DNA of 64,000 bases from positions 15,972 to 79,971 of the forward strand of contig CAWJEX010000022.1 in assembly GCA_963841995.1 (NCBI GenBank). The letters are read 5' to 3'. Position 1 is the first letter of the stretch. Each line of letters opens with the position of its first letter. The notes beneath the pieces were generated by a model that did not search any database, was not told the origin of the DNA, and saw only the letters and a list, made by a program, of their open reading frames with translations. The DNA is from an uncultured Alphaproteobacteria bacterium. GTDB lineage: Bacteria; Pseudomonadota; Alphaproteobacteria; DATDPM01. The position numbers were made by a program, and so were the translations under genes. Of this stretch, positions 57,567 through 64,000 are shown piece after piece.

Positions 57567-58156
57567 CGAACGTCATTGTACGCGCCTCCCTCATCGGTTC
57601 CCTGATGGCGGGAATCCAATTCGAATGCGTCACGCGATTGTCTCGCGCAGACTGGGCAAATAAGGTTTAGGAGTCACAGTCAGTGCAGAAGACCCGCAAA
57701 ACTTCGGTGAGCAGATCGGTGAAAATCCCTGGCTGGGAAAGCTTGAAAACGTTAGTGTCGGTCACGGCGTATCAGTCCTTCAGTGGAGAGGTGGAGGCGT
57801 CGAATACCCCCACGATACGCCGCCTTACCCCCTCACGCCGTCACCAACTTTCGTGCATAGCTCACTCAAAACTCGCCTCGCGCCCGGCCGAGCACTCCAC
57901 TCGCGGATCGCAACTCGTAAACGCACCCATCCACGGATGCAGCGGCAACTGGGTCATCTGTGGGCTGAACTCAGCCCCCGGACCTTCCTAAGTATTTCCA
58001 CCGCTGGCGTCCGCTGGCACAATGAGTGCCTGCACCTCTGCCAAGATGAGCAAATTAAGATGGTTGCGAGTCCCACAACCAACGAAATGGTGTCCACGCC
58101 GCACTTCAGGCGATTTATCCTTTGCCAAAAGTGAGCGCTTTTGCGGCGGACTTGGC

Positions 58157-58804
58157 TCATTGCCGCGGACGTAGGACAAATAGCTTGATGATGTCTTTAA
58201 ACAAGAACCGCTCTTCGACAAGCGTAAGATCGGCGGCTTCTATATAGCGCTCGGTATGTCGGTCGAAGGTGGCGCCGTATATTAGGCGGACCCACGGCGC
58301 CCAAAGACGCATTACAAAACGTCTTAACGGATCACGTGAAAAGACGTACTCGACGATACGTATTTCACCGTCCGGTTTGCAAACTCTTCGCAGCTCGCGC
58401 AGCGCCGGCAGCTGATCTTGGTCGTCCAAGACGCAGAAAAGAAAGGTGGCAATTACGTAGTCGAAATGACCGGTTGGGAAGTCAGTTGCCGTCACGTCCA
58501 TTAAGCGGAGCTCAGCCGTGACGCCCAAACTCGCCATGCGTCTTCGAGCCCGGGCCAACATCGCCAAGCTCAAGTCGATCCCGATTACCTCGGCGTTCGG
58601 CGGATAGAAGGGCATATTCCGTCCCGTCCCGACGCCCGCGTCGAGAATCCTCCCGTGCACGCCCTCGAACAACACAGACCGGATCGGTCGGTACCGCCCG
58701 TACTCGAAAGCCAGGTCTAGCAGATCGTAAAGCCGCGCTACGCGGTGGTAGATCCGCGTTCTGGTCATGTTTTTGGATGCCGTCGTTCTTATTTTTTGAG
58801 ACAA
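58157..58804 (-). CDS. class I SAM-dependent methyltransferase
   Basis: ILDAGVGTGRN motif I, VIGIDLS, and the C-terminal part of the Methyltransf_11-like fold. Confidence 0.8.
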   Translation of the reverse strand: MSQKIRTTASKNMTRTRIYHRVARLYDLLDLAFEYGRYRPIRSVLFEGVHGRILDAGVGTGRNMPFYPPNAEVIGIDLSLAMLARARRRMASLGVTAELRLMDVTATDFPTGHFDYVIATFLFCVLDDQDQLPALRELRRVCKPDGEIRIVEYVFSRDPLRRFVMRLWAPWVRLIYGATFDRHTERYIEAADLTLVEERFLFKDIIKLFVLRPRQ

Positions 58805-58864
58805 CCGTTCTGAGGTAAGACCTCGAGCGATCTACGGTCTGAACCAGAAATGGTGCGCGGTACG

Positions 58865-59317
58865 CTACTTAACGGTAAGGCACGGGCACTCGGCGAGCTG
58901 GACGACCTTGTGTGACACGCTGCCCAAAAGCAGGGCCGCCGCGTCACCAAGCCCCCGCTGGCCTATTGCGATTAGATCTACATTGCGATCCTTGGCTGCG
59001 GCGATGATTCTTTGCGCCGGATCACCGATCTCGATCAACGCCTCCACCTGCTCGACTCCGTGGCCGCGCGCAATATCCTGTGCTTCTTTCAGGATCTCTT
59101 GGCCAATGCCCCGGAGCAGACCAGCCGTTGTCACCCTGACGTTTTCCATTTCGGCGGAGATCCGCATATGTTCGGGGATATTCGTGCCAGCCGCCTCTGT
59201 CACCACGTAAAGCAGGAGAGCTTTCGCGCCGTACTTTTGCGCGATGTCGCTAGCTAGAGCAACGGCTCTTTCGGCCGGTCGTGACCCATCGATAGCTACG
59301 AGAATTTTGCTAATCAT
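58865..59317 (-). CDS. universal stress protein (UspA family)
   Basis: MISKILVAIDGS...DLIAIGQRGLG...LLGSVSHKVVQLAECPCLTV. Confidence 0.85.
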   Translation of the reverse strand: MISKILVAIDGSRPAERAVALASDIAQKYGAKALLLYVVTEAAGTNIPEHMRISAEMENVRVTTAGLLRGIGQEILKEAQDIARGHGVEQVEALIEIGDPAQRIIAAAKDRNVDLIAIGQRGLGDAAALLLGSVSHKVVQLAECPCLTVK

Positions 59318-59399
59318 CTGCGCAATCCTTTCCGGGCCATACGCGGCGAGAGATTGTACACCTTTGTTCCGTTTGTGGTCTGCCCTGTCGAATCCAGTT

Positions 59400-59627
59400 C
59401 TATGCGGTCTTTCCCACCAAAGTCATGAACGCGTCCGCTGCCTTCGAGCGATAGCGCTCACGGTGGCGCAGTACACGGAAGGTTCGTTCCGGCAAGCGGA
59501 ACTTGACCCGCGCGAGTGTGCCGGACCGCAGACCGCATTCGGCAACCAGTTCAGAGATGGCGGTCGCACCGGCGCCCCCCTCGACAGCGGCGCGCACTGC
59601 CTCGTTCGACGGCAGTTCCAGCGCCAC
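59400..59627 (-). pseudogene. LysR-family regulator, C-terminal ~75 codons only
   Basis: LELPSNEAVRAAVEGGAGATAISELVAECGLRSGTLARV...RVLRHRERYRSKAADAF matches the end of the LysR substrate-binding domain. The HTH and the rest are absent. Confidence 0.55.
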
Positions 59628-59773
59628 TGGGCTGAGACTAGCCCCTCGGCCCGGGATGAGAAACCTCTTAGGAACAGCCGGATCAGGAATGGTCCGGCTG
59701 TTTCTTTTTTGTCCGAGGAGGGAACGGCAGCTATCTGACCACCATATATGCGGCCACCTAGCCTCGCGCGCAC

Positions 59774-60550
59774 TCATAAGACCTTCTGGCTCTGCCCCGG
59801 ATGTTTGCCGGCCTTTTTCGGAAGGATCAGGATGAGGACGACGATCAATCCGGCGAGAATTGCCGAGGCGTAGTAGCGGCTCAATGCCAGCCCGCCGTTG
59901 GCCAGGGGCTTGTCGAGCAAATCGCCCAGCGTGGCACCCAGCGGCCGCGTGAGGATGAAAGCGCTCCAGAACAGGATGGTGCTCGAGACGTTTGTGTAGA
60001 AATATGCCGCCGCGACAGCCACCAGGCCCGCGGTGAAGACGATCGCGCCGCCTTCGTAGCCGAGCCCATTCGTGTCGGCCATCCAATCGCCGAGCGCTGT
60101 GCCCAGGGTTTGGGAAAACAGGATCGCCCCCCAGTAGAACATCTCGACCTTGGGCGTGGCGACTGTGTTGACCGAAATGGAACCCTCTGACCAGCGCCAC
60201 ACACCGAGGGCGGCCATAAGGAGCACGAACAGGATCGACGATCCCCCGAGATAGCCAATGTCCAGCGATCGATCCACGAAATCAGCCATCGTCGTGCCCA
60301 CCGTCGTGGTCGCGATGATCGCGGCCCAGTACAGGAACGGGTGGAACGATTTCGCGGGAATTTGGGCGGCGACGGCGACGCCAAAGATGCCGATAAAGAT
60401 GATGCTGCCGATCGCGTAGCCCAGATTCATCGACATCGTCACCGCGTCGCCGCCCGTTTCTCCCAGTGTCGTCGCAAGAATTTTTATAACCCAGAACGCC
60501 AAAGTAACTTCTGGCACTTTGCTCAATGTGATGGCTCGGGCGTCATTCAT
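59774..60550 (-). CDS. membrane protein with two homologous halves (COG4705-like)
   Basis: KVPEVTLAFWVIKILATTLGETGGD and a second-half repeat FYWGAILFSQTLGTALGD / ILTRPLGATLGD. Confidence 0.65.
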   Translation of the reverse strand: MNDARAITLSKVPEVTLAFWVIKILATTLGETGGDAVTMSMNLGYAIGSIIFIGIFGVAVAAQIPAKSFHPFLYWAAIIATTTVGTTMADFVDRSLDIGYLGGSSILFVLLMAALGVWRWSEGSISVNTVATPKVEMFYWGAILFSQTLGTALGDWMADTNGLGYEGGAIVFTAGLVAVAAAYFYTNVSSTILFWSAFILTRPLGATLGDLLDKPLANGGLALSRYYASAILAGLIVVLILILPKKAGKHPGQSQKVL

Positions 60551-61100
60551 ACGACAATCCTTCTTCGGGTGCGGGATCGAGCCGATTCGATTCGAGAAAT
60601 AGAATCGATTCCAGCCGGTATTGGGTCAAACGCTTTTTTGTCAGGATTCTTGCCGTCTTTGGCATTCTCCAATACGCGCCCGTTCTGGCATCAACGCCGA
60701 CCTCTTGTGTGATGGTGTCGCGCTTGATGTTGAATGAATAATTAAGGCCGGTTCCTCCGGCTTCACGCTCCAGTTCTACGTCAGCGATATTCCCCGGATG
60801 CGCCTTCAGAGCGATTGCCCGGGCCTGAGCGATGCTCACTTTTACGTCCGTGGCGATTTTAGTCAGGGTTCTTTCCTTCTGGCTTGTTTCCCAGCACTTT
60901 CCGGTCATTGCGTCGATTCCGACCTCATAGGCCTTGCCGCAACTTTGATATCGAGGGAATAGCGAAGCCTGCTATCGCGTGGAAAATCGCGGCGACGTCA
61001 TCAACGCCAACCAGATCACGGCGCAGGCGCGTTCCTTTGTTGTTCGCGCGGAATGCGGGAAATAGAACCGGCGGCGATATGCGGGTCGCGGGAAACGATG
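60543..61100 (-). pseudogene. tandem PepSY-domain protein, several frameshifts
   Basis: VSIAQARAIALKAHPGNIADVELEREAGG..YSFNIK...VGVDARTG is in frame. The typical continuations VLENAKDGKNPD and an upstream GKAYEVGIDAMTGKVLGNKPEGKNPD appear only in shifted frames. Confidence 0.5.
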
Positions 61101-61169
61101 GCCATGGACGGTTCACGTCCGATCGACGCGCGGCCGTCCACTACCGTTAAATCAGGTCTTGGCGAGCGA

Positions 61170-61496
61170 TTAGCCGCCCCGATGTTGAGCGAGCCACTCG
61201 CCGGCGGCGCGGCGATGTTCCTCCGCAGCCGAATTGGCGTAGATGTGCACCTGCTCGATCGAGGTTACGGGTCCCTCGGCCATTTTTTCAATCAATTTGC
61301 GAATGAGGATCGGAGAGATCGCGCAGTAAACGTCCATATCGCCGATGTCTTCCTGCAGCTGCTCATGCAACTCTTTCAGGAGATCGAGACGTTCGCGCCA
61401 ATCCTTCGGCACGAAGAACGGCGCCCAGCGCGAGGCGAGTTCCTCGGCCAATTCCTCGATATCTCGGTTAATGCTGATCGATCCAGGCAGTCGCAT
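61170..61496 (-). CDS. hypothetical protein
   Basis: 108-aa ORF, helical and acidic. No family recognised. Confidence 0.35.
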   Translation of the reverse strand: MRLPGSISINRDIEELAEELASRWAPFFVPKDWRERLDLLKELHEQLQEDIGDMDVYCAISPILIRKLIEKMAEGPVTSIEQVHIYANSAAEEHRRAAGEWLAQHRGG

Positions 61497-62252
61497 CGTC
61501 TGTTTCTACGTCGTTAAGATTTCCGTTGCCTCGGTTCCTGGCCGTTTGTCCTTGGATCGCAAGGGGGCGGCCCGTTTCGGCGAACGGATCGACACCGACA
61601 AAAATGAATCGAGCGGAAAGCGCTTTGCACATAACGCGACGTTGCGCGAAACGATCAATCGGCTTCTCTGACGCCCGTGAAGTCTACGGTGATCCCCCGC
61701 ACTGTTGTGGTTCGGTCGTTCATGACCTCCCCCTCTGCCGCTAAGCCCAAGCTGCTGAGAGTGGCGCCTGCCCTGCAAGTATCATGCCGGTGTATGCGAG
61801 GAGCGGTTTTGTGCAGTGCACAAGGTAAGACCCCTGCTCGTCATTCGTTGCTATGACGCCGTGGAGCGCCCCTTTCCCATAGACACCATGCGAACAGCTT
61901 TTCAGATCTCCGGGTCGAACTCCGAGCTGGACTGCATGCTTGCTGCTATTTCCATGATAAAAGTGTAAATTATAGCTAACACATCGTAAATATTTCTGTC
62001 ACAACCCGGCCTTCAATTGTCGGCGAGGTGTCGAGCCTCGCCGTCCCACAGCTTCGAACGCAATGCGGCAACCGTTGATCCGGCTCGGCGAGAGATTTCA
62101 ACCGGCGTTTACCGGCTGAAGGATCGGTTGCCGGTCGTCCTCGGCGTCAGCCGGTTGCTCGATTTCAGCAGAGTGGAGGCAGCCTCTCGTTCCGTCAAAA
62201 GCAGACAACCCGCCCCACCCCACCTCTTTGCTGGCGCTCGCCTGACCGCCCT

Positions 62253-63293
62253 TTATTCGCCACCGACCACCAAGACCACAAAAGTCCCCGGAACCGGAGT
62301 GGGACGGCCGGTTGCGGTGGGATTAAGTGTCGCCGTCGGCAAATAAATGCGGCCGGTAGCGGGATCGAGAGCACCGGTTCGAGCCCCGAGACGAGTCGCT
62401 ACCTGATCGACGACCGCGAACTCCGCCGGGCTTCGCCGGGCAATGACCGTCAGCAAGCCATCGCCGCCGCTCGGGATGAAGAACAGCTTGCGCGCAACAT
62501 CCCAGATGACGGCATCCGGCCTCTTACCGATCTGCAAGGTCGCTATTTCGGCGCCGTCCGAAGCCGAAACAAGTTTGGCGATGCCATTGGCGCAGGCGGA
62601 GACGAGAACCTTATCCTCGATATCGATCGCCAGGCCGGAAGGCGCTTCGCAATCCTTGAGCGGGTATCTGGCCGTTACCTGGCGCGATGCCGCATCAAGG
62701 ACCGCGATTGCGCCTTGATCCTCGATATTCACGAAGACATAGCCGGCGCCGTCGGCTACGGCAAATTCAAGGGCGCCGCCTATCGGAATCTCGCCGACCG
62801 CCTTGGCTTGGTGCGGATCGACCAGAGTCACATCGCCGCCTTTGGCGTTCATGACAAACACCAAGCCGGTCGACGGTTCGAACACTGCCGCATCCGGCTT
62901 TTGTCCGGTTGAGATCTCGGCGATGACCGATCCGCTCGCCGCCTGAAACAGCGTTGCCGTATTGCTATTGCCATTCGTGCTGAGCACGCGATCGCTTCCC
63001 GGGATCGGCACGACGGCGTGAACGCGCTCGCCCGCGACCACGCGTGGCGTAACAATGCGGGTGTCCAAATTGATCGTCATGACGCCGTCGCTGCGCGCAA
63101 CATAGAGACGACGGGCCGTCGCATCGATCGATGCCATATCCCATCCGCCATCGGGGCCGGCGATGACATCAACGACTTTGTAGCTTGCGCCGTAAACCTC
63201 ACCCACGGCGCCTATAAGCGCGCCGGCGAGAAACAAAGCGGTAAACCATTTTCTCACGATCGACCTCCGTGGATTGGCCGGGTCGTGTCTCAT
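62253..63293 (-). CDS. YncE/YVTN-like beta-propeller protein, secreted
   Basis: Signal peptide WFTALFLAGALIGAVGEVYGA. Repeated blade-like units (..RLYVA.., ..LVFVMN.., ..YVFVNI.., ..VLVSAC.., ..LFFIPS..). Confidence 0.7.
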   Translation of the reverse strand: MRHDPANPRRSIVRKWFTALFLAGALIGAVGEVYGASYKVVDVIAGPDGGWDMASIDATARRLYVARSDGVMTINLDTRIVTPRVVAGERVHAVVPIPGSDRVLSTNGNSNTATLFQAASGSVIAEISTGQKPDAAVFEPSTGLVFVMNAKGGDVTLVDPHQAKAVGEIPIGGALEFAVADGAGYVFVNIEDQGAIAVLDAASRQVTARYPLKDCEAPSGLAIDIEDKVLVSACANGIAKLVSASDGAEIATLQIGKRPDAVIWDVARKLFFIPSGGDGLLTVIARRSPAEFAVVDQVATRLGARTGALDPATGRIYLPTATLNPTATGRPTPVPGTFVVLVVGGE

Positions 63294-63394
63294 TTTTATT
63301 GAGGAAGCAGAGAACATGGTGAGGCAACTGTATGCGAGAGTAGCCTCTCGATCTACAGTTCAAAGTCGAAGTTTTTATCCCAGGGGGATTCGGC

Positions 63395-64000
63395 TCATTT
63401 CGTCTGGGCTACCGTGCCGTGGACCGGCGCGCCGGCACGGAGCTCCGCTTGCGTGGCGCCGGCATCGCAGCCCGATCCGGTGGCACCGGGAACCGCCGCG
63501 ACTTCGCTCGTCTTGGCCCGGGTTTTTGCACCCGGCTTTACCGCCCCAGATCGAGAGAGCTTCGCTTTCTTGGCCTGCGGCTTTTCTCCCGGCGGGCCGT
63601 CGGCGACCGCAAGATCCGCGGCAAACCGCTCGGAACCCTTGGGAGACGACGCGAAAGCACGCGGACTCAGCACATCCTTCAGCTCACCAGACGCGATCAG
63701 ACCGCGGGTTTGCATTTCGGTGACGATGCTTTCCCAGTCCTTGCCCGAGGCGCGCGCCGAGGCGATTTTGTCGAGCGACCAAGCGGCGTCTGAACTCGCG
63801 CCGACTCGCTCGGCCTCCAGCAGCGCCCGCGAAATCCTTTGATCTTCGGGCGGTAACCGCCGGAAGACGCTGTCCACCGCTTCGGCTTCCTTCCCCGGCG
63901 CGGCGCTCTTGGCCTGTGCCCCGAACACGTCCGTTCCCTTCGCCGCAATCAAGACAGGCCGCGCCGCGGCCGGTCCGGATGCCTCGTCCGCCGGCGCCCC
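63395..64000 (-). CDS. hypothetical protein, 5' end outside window
   Basis: The frame is open to the window edge. It is Ala/Lys/Pro-rich. No family recognised. Confidence 0.35.
   Translation of the reverse strand, partial: GAPADEASGPAAARPVLIAAKGTDVFGAQAKSAAPGKEAEAVDSVFRRLPPEDQRISRALLEAERVGASSDAAWSLDKIASARASGKDWESIVTEMQTRGLIASGELKDVLSPRAFASSPKGSERFAADLAVADGPPGEKPQAKKAKLSRSGAVKPGAKTRAKTSEVAAVPGATGSGCDAGATQAELRAGAPVHGTVAQTK

Overview
This is a high-GC accessory region that looks alphaproteobacterial. It is a mosaic of functionally unrelated gene blocks. From left to right: a methyltransferase/LpxO-like islet, AsmA, TonB-ExbBD-TBDR, a DUF2950/DUF3300 pair, an MlaC-like gene, a short tyrosine recombinase, two toxin-antitoxin pairs, ChrA, an NO-detoxification block (qNOR, NnrS, molybdopterin oxidoreductase), an ALDH plus adenylating-enzyme operon, and an orphan MCP with four two-component genes. 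Between them lie IS remnants (IS1380, IS3 twice, IS5), truncated genes and at least ten frameshifted genes. The strongest unexplained signal is a composite repeat of about 110-245 bp, present at least ten times, nine of them co-oriented, at the junctions between the blocks. Each full copy carries three GTGGGACA motifs. It also has a hairpin with a 9-bp stem that is followed by a T-tract on the minus strand, and a 21-nt segment resembling the reverse complement of a tRNA 3' end. The second signal is a low-GC islet with an orphan proteasome-like (Thr1 Ntn) hydrolase whose stop overlaps the start of a 64-aa charged ORF. I saw no rRNA, intact tRNA or CRISPR array. All calls come from reading the sequence and ORF translations only. 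No database search was run.
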